In this document: piece after piece, positions 36,245 to 45,522 of the stretch | Position numbering within the stretch: the first letter of the stretch is position 1 | How the letters are laid out: the number at the start of each line of letters is the position of its first letter | Source: Acidimicrobiales bacterium | Lineage (GTDB): Bacteria > Actinomycetota > Acidimicrobiia > Acidimicrobiales > JBBSGY01 | Reading direction: 5' to 3' | NCBI GenBank assembly: GCA_044220495.1 | Contig: JBGAQY010000010.1 | Span: forward strand, 8,126-72,125 | DNA: 64,000 nt | Position numbers and translations under genes: made by a program | Notes under the pieces: generated by a model | Seen by the model: the letters and a program-made list of their open reading frames with translations, nothing else | Databases searched by the model: none | Told to the model about the DNA's origin: nothing

Positions 36245-37015
36245 CTACCCCACTAGGCGCAACGATGGACGGAGGTTTTGCGTAAGCCAAAAACCTTGTC
36301 CGAGAAATGGGGTGCCCCATTCGTTGCCCAAGTCTGTAATCGCCTGCGCAACCGATGCGCTCGAGACACCTTCGGCGACGATGGCTGCGTCGGTATCGTC
36401 GGCAAGTTCGACAAACGAACGCAATGACGACTTCTGTGTCGCACTCGTGTGCAACGACTTCACGTGACGGCGGTCGACCTTGATTACATCAGGGCTCACC
36501 TCACGGACGAACTCGGGCCCCGAGTCGCCGGTGCCAGCATCGTCTACAGCGACGAGCAAGTCGCGGTCACGGATGCTCGCAAGGGAACGCTCAAGGGCAG
36601 CGCCTTGGGTGTGATGGTGCTCGGCGAGCTCGATGACAATGACACGGTCGAGCTCGGCCAGCTTGTCGAGAACAGCTTGCACCTCTGGCGCGTCGAGGCA
36701 ATCCGGAGAGAAATTCACGGACAGCAAATCACCGCCTTTGGGTGTGTTCAGCAACGCAAGTTCAGCTGCTCGAGCCTCGAGTCGCGCCGCCAAGCCGAGC
36801 TTCCGAGCCTGGGCAAACCACACCTCTGGAGAAATACTCCGAAAATCCGGAGTGGTGACCCTTGTCAAAACTTCGTGACCGCTGACCGATCCTGAAGACA
36901 GGTCGACAATCTCTTCAAAGACGACTCGCATGTGAAGCCCGATCTCAGTAAGCGGATCGAGTTCTTCGAGAACCAAACATTCCAAACTGAACGCTGCTGG
37001 GGAAAGTAGCGCCAT
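36245..37015 (-). CDS. Stand-alone EAL-domain protein (putative c-di-GMP phosphodiesterase)
   Basis: EVLTR (EAL variant), SVNFS (Asn), ELAE, DDAGTG, KVDR, AEGV and GQGF. Most catalytic positions of the EAL fold are recognisable. Confidence 0.75.
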   Translation of the reverse strand: MALLSPAAFSLECLVLEELDPLTEIGLHMRVVFEEIVDLSSGSVSGHEVLTRVTTPDFRSISPEVWFAQARKLGLAARLEARAAELALLNTPKGGDLLSVNFSPDCLDAPEVQAVLDKLAELDRVIVIELAEHHHTQGAALERSLASIRDRDLLVAVDDAGTGDSGPEFVREVSPDVIKVDRRHVKSLHTSATQKSSLRSFVELADDTDAAIVAEGVSSASVAQAITDLGNEWGTPFLGQGFWLTQNLRPSLRLVG

Positions 37016-37041
37016 GGCCTACGACATTACTGGCCGAGCAT

Positions 37042-37079
37042 CCGGCCGTAAACGCATCAGAGATTCATTTTACGGCCGG
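37042..37079 (-). terminator. Perfect 11-bp hairpin between the RDD and EAL genes (possible terminator)
   Basis: CCGGCCGTAAA-N16-TTTACGGCCGG. No clear U-tract on the - strand. Confidence 0.3.
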
Positions 37080-37118
37080 ACACTGTTCACCCGAGGCGAT
37101 GATGATCGAGTCGAGTCG

Positions 37119-37670
37119 TTATGCCTTGGGAACGTCGATAACCACTGTGGTCAGCAATTTGTCAGCGAAGGTCTGTCGCTTGGGATCCCACAGCGGCCAC
37201 AAGTAGCCGACATAGCAAGGCAGCGAGTCGACGATATGTACAAAGCCACGACCAATTGACAGTCCGGGACCAACCGGCTGAGCGTCGGACTCACGCACGA
37301 GCTTTATGCCGATTGCGTTCTTGCCGATGGTTTGTCCGGTATTGCCTTGATTGACCATCTGCCAAATCCAAAAGGCAAACCACGCGATGTACCCGAGCGA
37401 TGTGAACGCTTCTTGGGCGCCGAGGATCGAGCCAAGGATCAGGAAGATGAACAAAATCGCCGCACCGATCACACCATCAATGAGTGACGCAACGACGCGA
37501 CGACCCCATGACGACAGCGGAAATGACGGAGCTGGACCGGCGCCCCCCATATTCGGGGCACCACCGTAAGGATCGCCGCCCGATGGCGCGCCGCCGTAGG
37601 GGTCACCGCCGTAGGGACCGCCTGGAGGTGGCGGAGGTGGTGGCGGCGGAGGTGGATCGGAATAAGACAT
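37119..37670 (-). CDS. RDD-family membrane protein with a poly-Pro N-terminus
   Basis: PPPPPPPPPPPP and GGDPYGG repeats, then WGRRVVASLIDGVI (RDD-domain opening) and TM segments. Confidence 0.75.
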   Translation of the reverse strand: MSYSDPPPPPPPPPPPGGPYGGDPYGGAPSGGDPYGGAPNMGGAGPAPSFPLSSWGRRVVASLIDGVIGAAILFIFLILGSILGAQEAFTSLGYIAWFAFWIWQMVNQGNTGQTIGKNAIGIKLVRESDAQPVGPGLSIGRGFVHIVDSLPCYVGYLWPLWDPKRQTFADKLLTTVVIDVPKA

Positions 37671-37775
37671 CGTGGCTCCTTGCTTGACCAGTCAAATGCA
37701 GCCTGCATTCTTCACCGTGCGTGCAGGCGGTTGGCGGATACTCAGCCTTGCATTCTCAGCGCTGAGCGCGAATTC

Positions 37776-39290
37776 TCAACGCGCGTCGTAAGTCGGAATC
37801 AGCGTGCGAGCCGCTCGTGCTTCATCAACTCGCCCAACAGGCGTGGTGCGCGGTGAACTGCGAGCGGCCTCACTCCCCTGGGTTCGCGCTTCTTCGACAA
37901 TGTTTTCGAGGGCAACGGCCAAAGCCTCAAGCGTTTGGAGACTTTCAGTCTCTGTCGGCTCAATCATCAAGGCCTCTTCGACGATGAGCGGGAAGTACAT
38001 AGTCGGCGAATGAAAGCCTTCTTCGAGCAAACGCTTGGCAATGTCGAACGCACGCGTTCCTGTTGCCTTCTTCAGCTCGGTTGTCGTTGCGACGAACTCA
38101 TGCATGTTGGGCCGGTCATAGGCAGCCGGCAGTGAGTCACGCAAACGAACACGCATCCAGTTCGCGTTGAGCACGGCTATCTGCGCGACCTTGCGGAGTC
38201 CGTCACCCCCGTTGGCCAACATGTATGAGTGTGCGCGAGCAAGCGCGAGCGCATTGCCGTGCCACCCATGCACACGACCAATCGACTTCGCCGGAGTCAT
38301 CCACCCGAATGTGCCGTCGTCGAGCACCGTGGGAAGAGGTCCTGGCAAGAGGTCGACAAGTCGTTGACTGACTCCGACCGGCCCGGCGCCAGGCCCGCCG
38401 CCGCCGTGCGGAACAGCAAACGTCTTGTGCAAGTTCATGTGCACGATGTCGAAACCCATGTCGCCGGGACGCACCACTCCGAGAATCGCATTCAGGTTGG
38501 CGCCGTCGTAATACAACAACGCACCGACTTCGTGTGCAGCAGCAGCGATGTCAGCAATTTGCTCTTCAAACAAACCAAGCGTGTTCGGATTGGTGAGCAT
38601 CACGCCAGCAACGTCTTCATTCATCACGGCGCGAAACGCTTCGAGGTCAACGCACCCGCGTTGATCGGTCGGAACCGTGACGACGTCGTAGCCCGCCAGC
38701 GTGACCGATGCGGGGTTCGTGCCATGCGCAGAATCGGGGATCACAACTGTCTTGCGTTGTCGGCCTTGTTGCTCGAACCACGCCCGCATCAACAACAGAC
38801 CAGTGAGTTCACCAGCAGCACCAGCCGGGGGCTGCAACGTGACCGCTGCCATACCCGTGATGGCACAGAGGTTCTTCGAGAGATCGACGAGAAGCTCGAT
38901 CCAGCCCTGTGTTTGCGATGCGGGTGCACTTGGGTGCACGTGCGCAAGACCTGACAATCCCGCCGCCTCATCACACAACTTGGGGTTGTATTTCATCGTG
39001 CATGACCCGAGCGGATAAGCGCCAAGGTCAACGGAATACTGACGATGTGTAAGGCGCGTGAAGTGAGCAACGAGATCGCGCTCGGATACGGCGCACAGCT
39101 CTAATGGTTCGGTGCGCAAGTGTTCGCTCGGTATCAACTCTTCGACTGGGAGCTCGGGAACATCGGTTGTGCGGAACGAACATGCGCGCCGACCCTCAAC
39201 GGAGAGATCGAACACGGTGGGCTCAGAGTCGTCACCCATCAAGGGGATCGACTTTGCCTGGCCACCTGGCATCGCTGTCGTAGTCATCAA
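37776..39290 (-). CDS. gcvPB: Glycine dehydrogenase (decarboxylating) subunit 2
   Basis: 504 aa with a PLP-lysine region (NLHKTF) typical of GcvPB. ATGA-type overlap with gcvPA. Confidence 0.9.
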   Translation of the reverse strand: MMTTTAMPGGQAKSIPLMGDDSEPTVFDLSVEGRRACSFRTTDVPELPVEELIPSEHLRTEPLELCAVSERDLVAHFTRLTHRQYSVDLGAYPLGSCTMKYNPKLCDEAAGLSGLAHVHPSAPASQTQGWIELLVDLSKNLCAITGMAAVTLQPPAGAAGELTGLLLMRAWFEQQGRQRKTVVIPDSAHGTNPASVTLAGYDVVTVPTDQRGCVDLEAFRAVMNEDVAGVMLTNPNTLGLFEEQIADIAAAAHEVGALLYYDGANLNAILGVVRPGDMGFDIVHMNLHKTFAVPHGGGGPGAGPVGVSQRLVDLLPGPLPTVLDDGTFGWMTPAKSIGRVHGWHGNALALARAHSYMLANGGDGLRKVAQIAVLNANWMRVRLRDSLPAAYDRPNMHEFVATTTELKKATGTRAFDIAKRLLEEGFHSPTMYFPLIVEEALMIEPTETESLQTLEALAVALENIVEEARTQGSEAARSSPRTTPVGRVDEARAARTLIPTYDAR

Positions 39291-40633
39291 CGCACCGCCT
39301 TTTCAAAAGCTGCGACGTACGCGTCGATCTCAGCGCGCGTTCGCTTTTCAGTTACCGAAACGAGCAGGCCTCCGCCGTATTCATCACCCAGCGGAACGCC
39401 AGCCAGGAAGCCTTCGTCGATCAAGCGATCGACAACAACATCAGACGCAACCGGAGTCGTCACCGCAAACTCTCGCAACGTCGGTGCGTCGTTTAGCGAC
39501 TCGACACCGTCGATTCTCAAGAGAGCGTCGCGTGTGTAACGCGTGGCCTGTGCGCATCGCAATGCCATCTCTCGCAAGCCCGTCGTACCCAACCAAGAGA
39601 GTGAAATTGCCGCCGTCACGGCGATCAATGTTTGGTTGGTACAAACGTTTGACGACGCCTTCTCACGGCGGATGTCTTGTTCACGCGTGCGAAGTGTCGT
39701 GACGTACGCGCGCCGACCTTCGCTGTCGACAGTTTCACCAACGAGACGCCCGGGGAGACGTCTGACCTCGGCGAGCCGACATGCAAACAGGCCCAGGTAC
39801 GGGCCACCGAGGCTTAGTGGCGTGCCAAAGGCTTGACCCTCACCGACGGCAACATCAGCACCGAAGTGCCCGGGCGTGTTGAGCAAGCCAGTGGCAACAG
39901 GGTCGAAAGCAACGATCAGCTTGGCACCGAGCCGGTCGGCCAAGGCACGAGCACCAACCATGTCGTCGAGCACCCCGAGGTAGTTCGGATAGGCGATAAC
40001 AACGGCAGCAACATCTTGAGCGTCTTGCTGAGTGCTCCACGCCGTGGTGCCGCTCTCACCGCCATCGTCAACTAGTGGAACATCGACCAATTCGTGGCCA
40101 GTTCCGAGAGCCATCGTTGCCAGCGTGGCCCGATAATTCGGATGCAAACCGCGGCTCACCAACATCTTGTGTCGCCCGGTTGCCGCGCCCGCGAGATTCA
40201 CAGCCTCTACAGCAGCGGTTGCGCCATCGTAGAGCGACGCATTCGAGACTTCTAAGCCACTCAAGCGACTGATCATCGTTTGAAACTCAAACAGTGCCTG
40301 CAAAACGCCCTGGGCAACTTCGGGTTGATAAGGCGTGTACGACGTTACAAATTCAGTGCGCGACGCAAGTCGGCGAACGGCTGCGGGAACATCGTGATCG
40401 TATGCACCAGCGCCAGCGAAACAGACCAATTGCGAACGGTTTGCGTCGGCGAGCCGATTCATCTCGCTCATGACATCGAACTCGCCTACACCCAGCGCCA
40501 TGTCGAGCCCGCCAGCGAGTCGCATGGCCGTCGGCACCATCGAGAACAAGTCATCGAGACTTGCCAAACCCAAGAACGCCAACATTGACTCGATCTCGGC
40601 GTCGGTGTGAGGAATGTAATCCGCCAACTTCAA
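39287..40633 (-). CDS. gcvPA: Glycine dehydrogenase (decarboxylating) subunit 1
   Basis: 448 aa with YIPHTDAEIESML and TSYTPYQPE(V)AQG motifs. Confidence 0.9.
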   Translation of the reverse strand: MKLADYIPHTDAEIESMLAFLGLASLDDLFSMVPTAMRLAGGLDMALGVGEFDVMSEMNRLADANRSQLVCFAGAGAYDHDVPAAVRRLASRTEFVTSYTPYQPEVAQGVLQALFEFQTMISRLSGLEVSNASLYDGATAAVEAVNLAGAATGRHKMLVSRGLHPNYRATLATMALGTGHELVDVPLVDDGGESGTTAWSTQQDAQDVAAVVIAYPNYLGVLDDMVGARALADRLGAKLIVAFDPVATGLLNTPGHFGADVAVGEGQAFGTPLSLGGPYLGLFACRLAEVRRLPGRLVGETVDSEGRRAYVTTLRTREQDIRREKASSNVCTNQTLIAVTAAISLSWLGTTGLREMALRCAQATRYTRDALLRIDGVESLNDAPTLREFAVTTPVASDVVVDRLIDEGFLAGVPLGDEYGGGLLVSVTEKRTRAEIDAYVAAFEKAVR

Positions 40634-40730
40634 AGTCCCCCTATGGCTTCAAGTTTGAGCTTCAACTTGTCGAATTGCCGCCTTCAGTACTGCACAGCAA
40701 ATCAACGCAAGGCCCTGCAAAAGAGGAACG

Positions 40731-41792
40731 TCAAACTGCCTTCGTTACAAACGGCGGTTGAACCACGACAGCCGGCAAACGTCGACCCCGTAATTCGATC
40801 TCTACTGTTGCACCAACTTTTACGTCAGGTGGCACAAAACCCATGCCAATTGCGTGACCGAGCGACGGTGAGAAGTTGCCGCTCGTGAGCGCTCCAACCT
40901 CTTGCCCATCCACAATGACGGCACTTCCCTCTCGCAGCGGTTGACGGCCCTCGGCACTGAAACCGCGTAGACGTCGCGCCGGCTTCGCTTCGCGTTCAGC
41001 TACGAGCGCGTCGCGTCCAATGAAATCGCCTTTGTCCCACGAAACAACCCAACCCAGGCCAGCTTGCAGCGGCGTAATGCCGGCACCGAGCTCGTGCCCG
41101 TGCAACGGCAGACCAGCTTCGAGACGCAACGTATCTCGCGCCCCCAGACCGGCCGGAACCACGTCGACCTCTTGCAGTTTCGCCCACAGGTCACGAGCGA
41201 CTTCTACAGGGATGGCAAATTCGAGACCATCTTCACCGGTGTAACCAGTGCCCGCGACTACGCAATCAGCGCCGTTGAATTCAACGTGGACGACCTTGAA
41301 GCGACCAACCTCTGCGGCTTCGGTCGAGAACCGCGCAACCTTCGCGCGAGCGTTCGGACCTTGCACTGCAATCACAGCGCGATCCGCGGTGACATCAATG
41401 CCACCAATGGCGTCGAGCACGCGCGACGTGTTTGACGCGTTAGGCATGACGTCAAAGCGCTTGTCGTCTACCCACCAAATGATGATGTCGTCGAGAACCG
41501 AGCCGCTGTCGTCAAGCAGGTGGGTGTATTGAGCGCGACCGGGACCAATGCGTTCGAGGTCATTAGTGAGGGCGCGCTGCAAACGTTCGTAAGCATCGGC
41601 ATCTTGCATGCGAACAGTGCCCAGGTGACTTACGTCAAACGCGACTGCGTCAGAACGACACGCGAGATGTTCGGCGATAGTTCCGCTCGGATACGACACC
41701 GGCATTGACCACCCGCCAAAGTCGACGAGCTTTGCACCAAGGGCCTTGTGTTCGGCGTCTAGTGGCGAATGCCGTAAGTCTTCAGACAACAA
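40731..41792 (-). CDS. gcvT: Glycine cleavage system aminomethyltransferase T
   Basis: SPLDAEHKALGAKLVDFGGWSMPVSY is a typical GcvT N-terminus. TTG start. Confidence 0.9.
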   Translation of the reverse strand: MLSEDLRHSPLDAEHKALGAKLVDFGGWSMPVSYPSGTIAEHLACRSDAVAFDVSHLGTVRMQDADAYERLQRALTNDLERIGPGRAQYTHLLDDSGSVLDDIIIWWVDDKRFDVMPNASNTSRVLDAIGGIDVTADRAVIAVQGPNARAKVARFSTEAAEVGRFKVVHVEFNGADCVVAGTGYTGEDGLEFAIPVEVARDLWAKLQEVDVVPAGLGARDTLRLEAGLPLHGHELGAGITPLQAGLGWVVSWDKGDFIGRDALVAEREAKPARRLRGFSAEGRQPLREGSAVIVDGQEVGALTSGNFSPSLGHAIGMGFVPPDVKVGATVEIELRGRRLPAVVVQPPFVTKAV

Positions 41793-41816
41793 GGACCCCT
41801 GTGTAAGTGAGCGTGT

Positions 41817-42296
41817 TTAGTTCGCGGCTGCCTGTGAGTCAGATGAAGCAACTGGAGCAGGCTTAGAAGTCACGAGCTCGTGGATGGCTGCTTCGAGCTC
41901 AGAAACAACGCCCGCCATCGGAACGATGTTGAGCACGCCCTGACCACCCTTGAGGACGTCAATGATTTCTTCACCCGAACGAGCAAGCACCGAACCTGAG
42001 CCGTTGATGAGCAAGTTCGCCGACGAAACGTCGTCGTGCGACTCGCGCAAACACTCGATTGCCTTGCGGGCCGAAACCAGAGAGAGGCCAGCGTCGAGCA
42101 GCTGCTTGATGACCTTGAGCTCGAGCAAGTCGTTGTATGAATAACGCCGCTGCGTGCCGCTGCCCTTTGCTGTCGTAATCGACGGAACCAAAAGGCCGGT
42201 GCGGGCCCAGTAGTCGAGCTGGCGGTAAGTAATGCCAACGATCGAACACACCTGTGGGCCTCGATAGCCCTCGTGTGGTGTTTCTGCGTTTTTCAT
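41817..42296 (-). CDS. MerR-family transcriptional regulator (Rv1830-like position)
   Basis: HTH VCSIVGITYRQLDYWARTGL and RRYSYNDLLELKVIKQL. The start is set at Met 42296 (MKNAETP). Confidence 0.8.
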   Translation of the reverse strand: MKNAETPHEGYRGPQVCSIVGITYRQLDYWARTGLLVPSITTAKGSGTQRRYSYNDLLELKVIKQLLDAGLSLVSARKAIECLRESHDDVSSANLLINGSGSVLARSGEEIIDVLKGGQGVLNIVPMAGVVSELEAAIHELVTSKPAPVASSDSQAAAN

Positions 42297-42447
42297 GGAA
42301 TCGCTCACCCGTACCCTCTTTCGCTCGCCCACGTTAGCGCTTACACGCGAGTAATTACGTCGATGTGACACACAGTAGGAACTTTCGCGCGAAGCGTCAA
42401 CTGTTTACGCTGACCTGCCCATTTGCTGGGTCTCACGCCCTAATGAC

Positions 42448-42978
42448 TCAGGAAGTTGGCGGACCTGGCGGAGTGAAGTCTTCAGGGCTCACATCGTTGA
42501 TGAAGTCGCGGAAGTCAGACAGCAACTCCTCGGGATTTTCGAGAAGCTCAGACTCGCCCTCTTGATCTTCTTCGGGGTCGAGCATCACGCCCTCGCTGTC
42601 GACCAGGTCATCGTCGGCGTAGATCGGCGACCCCGTTCGCGCGGCCAGCGCGATTGCATCTGAAGGACGACTCGACACGGTGTGCGAACTGCCATCGCGC
42701 GTGAGGTGGATCTCGGCAAAGTAAGTACTGCCCCGCAGTTCGGTAATAACAACACTCGAAACTTCGACGTCGGCAGCAACTAGCAGGTCGCGAATGAGAT
42801 CGTGCGTCATCGGCCGTGGCGTCAAGACGCCTTGCAGAGCGTAGGCAATCGCAGTTGCCTCTGATGTGCCGACAAATATCGGCAGCGTTCGTTCAGTGCC
42901 GCCGGTTTCTTGCAGAAGTACAACCGGAGTGTTGGTCGGCAGTTCGACACGTACAGCAACGAGGTGCATTTCCACCAT
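42448..42978 (-). CDS. Bifunctional nuclease family protein (DUF151)
   Basis: PVVLLQE....LPIFVG..EA.AIA..L.G...PRPMTHDL matches the DUF151 signature. Acidic tail. Confidence 0.8.
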   Translation of the reverse strand: MVEMHLVAVRVELPTNTPVVLLQETGGTERTLPIFVGTSEATAIAYALQGVLTPRPMTHDLIRDLLVAADVEVSSVVITELRGSTYFAEIHLTRDGSSHTVSSRPSDAIALAARTGSPIYADDDLVDSEGVMLDPEEDQEGESELLENPEELLSDFRDFINDVSPEDFTPPGPPTS

Positions 42979-43050
42979 GCAAAGACCTTACCTGCTTTCG
43001 GTTCTTTCGTAAGGGTGAATTGTCACTTGCGTGTGAATGTTCGAGTTATC

Positions 43051-43737
43051 TCAAGAATCGCTAAGGGATTGACGCAACAGCTCTGCCCGCATCGACTCAC
43101 CAAGATCACTCAACTCACCAAGTCGCGCTTCGGCATCCATACGCGCCTGCGTGTTGCGGTGACCTCGAGCAACCGGCGTCAACTGGCGATACAGATCGGC
43201 TTCGCGATCAGCAGCTGTTTTGAAAATGCGCAAGTGGCGCACCTCGACACCAAACGACAGATATCGCTGCGCGAGCTTGGCGATTGTCAGCGCATTCTCG
43301 TCATACCAACTTGAGTTACCCGACTTTTGAACTTGCACCATTGCGAAGCGTTCAAGCTCACGAAGTTGCGACTCGTTGAGCCCGCTTAGCTCAAGCAGGG
43401 CGGCACGATCGAGCATTGCTCCGGCAGCAACCGCTTCGCCGTCTGTGTTTGTTTCGTCGACGAGAGAAACAACGCCGTCGGCTTCGGGGTCGCCAAGTCG
43501 CCCCTTGATCACTTTCAACGGAAGAAAGTGATCTTTCTGTTGGCGAAGGATGTAGCGGAGGCGCGCGATGTCGTGCTCGGAAAACTTCCGGTAACCAGAG
43601 GCTGTGCGCTCGGGCTCGATTAGCCCCTGGCCTTCAAGGAATCTGATCTTTGAGATCGTGATGTCATCAAAGTCATTCTTCAGAAGGGCGAGCACTTCTC
43701 CGATCGAACGAGTCTGATTGCGAGGCTTCGCCGTCAC
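43051..43737 (-). CDS. MerR-family regulator (Rv1828/FtsR-like position)
   Basis: N-terminal MerR HTH (SIGEVLALLKNDFDDITISKIRFLEGQGLI) and a duplicated C-terminal MerR-like region. Confidence 0.8.
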   Translation of the reverse strand: MTAKPRNQTRSIGEVLALLKNDFDDITISKIRFLEGQGLIEPERTASGYRKFSEHDIARLRYILRQQKDHFLPLKVIKGRLGDPEADGVVSLVDETNTDGEAVAAGAMLDRAALLELSGLNESQLRELERFAMVQVQKSGNSSWYDENALTIAKLAQRYLSFGVEVRHLRIFKTAADREADLYRQLTPVARGHRNTQARMDAEARLGELSDLGESMRAELLRQSLSDS

Positions 43738-44213
43738 CGGTGTGATGCACCGGTGAGGAACACCAGTTTGAACTTACCGATCTGCACTTCGTCACCATGT
43801 TCTAAGTCTGCGCGTTCGATTCTATTGCCGTTGAAATACGTGCCGTTGAGCGAGCCCACATCTTGAATGACAAAGCGCCCATCAACACGTCGGATTTCTG
43901 CGTGCGCTCTCGACACTGTTACGTCGTCGAGAAACACTTCGTTGTCGGGATTGCGACCGACGCGGGTCATGTCAGTGTCGATCAGGTAAGTCGCGCCGAC
44001 ATTGTCGCCACGCTTTACGAACAACATTGCATCGCCCGGATCTAGCTCGTCGAGCGCCCCCGTTAGCTCGGCCTCGGTCTGCTCGGCAATACCGAGGTCG
44101 GCGATCATGAAGGTGATCGTTGGATCGTCTTGCGTGGCCGAAAGCGCGGCCCCGCACGATGAACAGAAATTGGCCCCAGTGGGATTCTTGTGGCCGCACT
44201 TGCTACAGATCAC
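43734..44213 (-). CDS. garA: GarA/OdhI-like FHA-domain protein with N-terminal zinc ribbon
   Basis: FHA core VGRNPDNEVFLDDVTVSRAHAEI ... DVGSLNGTYFNG ... GDEVQIGKFKLVFLTG is near-identical in pattern to mycobacterial GarA. The N-terminus is CSKCG...FCSSCG. Confidence 0.85.
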   Translation of the reverse strand: MICSKCGHKNPTGANFCSSCGAALSATQDDPTITFMIADLGIAEQTEAELTGALDELDPGDAMLFVKRGDNVGATYLIDTDMTRVGRNPDNEVFLDDVTVSRAHAEIRRVDGRFVIQDVGSLNGTYFNGNRIERADLEHGDEVQIGKFKLVFLTGASHR

Positions 44214-44263
44214 GTCAGCAACCTACTAGTCAAAAATGCCCTTGGCTTCTGGCCGGCTGGCTG

Positions 44264-44647
44264 CTAGCTATCGCCCACGAGCGCCCGGTATTCGGCGGCG
44301 CTCAGGAAGCCCTCGAGGCTATCGCTTGACTCGGGCGCAATAACGCAAATCCACCCCGTGCCATAAGGGTCTTCGTTGACCTGCTGCGGAGCATCAGACA
44401 GATGCTCGTTCACTTCAACGATCGTGCCTGTTACGGGAGCGTAAATATCGGAGACCGACTTCGTCGACTCAACTTCGCTGAAAGTGATGCCTGCCTGAAC
44501 GTTCGCGCCGACGGTTGGAACTTGCACAAATACGACATCGCCCAATGCGTCTTGCGCGTAGTCGGTGATGCCAACGCGGACACCTTTGTCGCTGACTTCA
44601 GCCCACTCGTGATCACGCGTGTACCGAAGATTGTCGGGAACATTCAT
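44264..44647 (-). CDS. gcvH: Glycine cleavage system H protein
   Basis: Lipoyl-lysine motif SEVESTKSVSDIYAP. 127 aa. Confidence 0.9.
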   Translation of the reverse strand: MNVPDNLRYTRDHEWAEVSDKGVRVGITDYAQDALGDVVFVQVPTVGANVQAGITFSEVESTKSVSDIYAPVTGTIVEVNEHLSDAPQQVNEDPYGTGWICVIAPESSDSLEGFLSAAEYRALVGDS

Positions 44648-45522
44648 GAGCCGGACTCTACTGGACGCGCAGCTCGGAAAGTTGGCCGCTGTTCGAGCGC
44701 AGGCAGATTCAATGTCGTCGACCGATGAACGTCAGTCGTTGCGCCGTTGATAGCGCGCAGAGTGTCTAGAGCACCACCGGGAATTTTGAGACCACCTTCC
44801 ATTGTCGAGGCCGGACCAATTGCACTGAGCGTGTAAGGCGTAGGCAACACGACTCCGTCAAGCGTGATGCGATTGTCTTTTTGTCCGAAAGAAGACGCAA
44901 CGCCAATACGCCGACCGTTGATTGCCAATGCTTCCGCGCCCGCGTCGCGCAGCTCTTGCACTGCGTCTACAAGCGCGTCGAACGTCACTTGATTGTTTGG
45001 GTCGTCGATTACGACTTCGAGGCCTGGACCAGTGACGGCAACCTCGCCCGACAATACGCGCAAGGCGTTCAGTTGTTGCTGCGCCTCGGCTGATGCATCG
45101 CCACCTGCCTGTGACGAACTCTGCAGATTCGCCAGCTCGACCTTCAATGATGCAAGTTCTTGTTGCAACGCCGTCGACTCGCTCGACAACGACGCAAGAA
45201 TACGCGCCAGATCGCCCTCTGATTCTGCGTTCAACTGCTCACGCAAAGGATCAGGCCCGCGCAATTGGCCCACCGCCATGAAGCTCACAAGACCGGCGAC
45301 TAACACCAACAGCACCGAGCGCAACTGAATGCGTGATGCACGTCGTTGCACAACCTGGATAGCGCGGTGCTGTCCGGTCTCGGTGGTCGGAGCGCTTGGC
45401 GCAGTCGACGGGTCCGAAGCGGTAACGGCTCGATGCTCGCCTGTTGGCTCGAAGACAACGCTTGGCTCTTCGTTGCGTCCTGGTGCTTGGCTTGTTTCGC
45501 CTGACGAACCCATAACACTCAT
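44644..45522 (-). CDS. DUF881-domain membrane protein
   Basis: TM, then coiled coil, then VTGPGLEVVIDD...DAVQELRDAGAEALAINGRRI. Confidence 0.75.
   Translation of the reverse strand: MSVMGSSGETSQAPGRNEEPSVVFEPTGEHRAVTASDPSTAPSAPTTETGQHRAIQVVQRRASRIQLRSVLLVLVAGLVSFMAVGQLRGPDPLREQLNAESEGDLARILASLSSESTALQQELASLKVELANLQSSSQAGGDASAEAQQQLNALRVLSGEVAVTGPGLEVVIDDPNNQVTFDALVDAVQELRDAGAEALAINGRRIGVASSFGQKDNRITLDGVVLPTPYTLSAIGPASTMEGGLKIPGGALDTLRAINGATTDVHRSTTLNLPALEQRPTFRAARPVESGS

Larger units (their letters stand above)
31290..37118. mobile_element. Possible integrase-associated accessory segment (boundaries not defined)
   Basis: Contains a tyrosine recombinase, orphan ORFs, a GT2, a 0.7-kb repeat-rich tract and an EAL operon. 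Lies between conserved housekeeping blocks. No att repeats or flanking tRNA were identified. Confidence 0.3.

Noticed and set aside
41793-41816. Glycine riboswitch upstream of gcvT, or upstream of gcvH at 44648.
   Set aside because: Only 24 nt separate gcvT from the upstream MerR gene, and gcvH overlaps the preceding DUF881 gene. There is no room for a roughly 100-200-nt aptamer.
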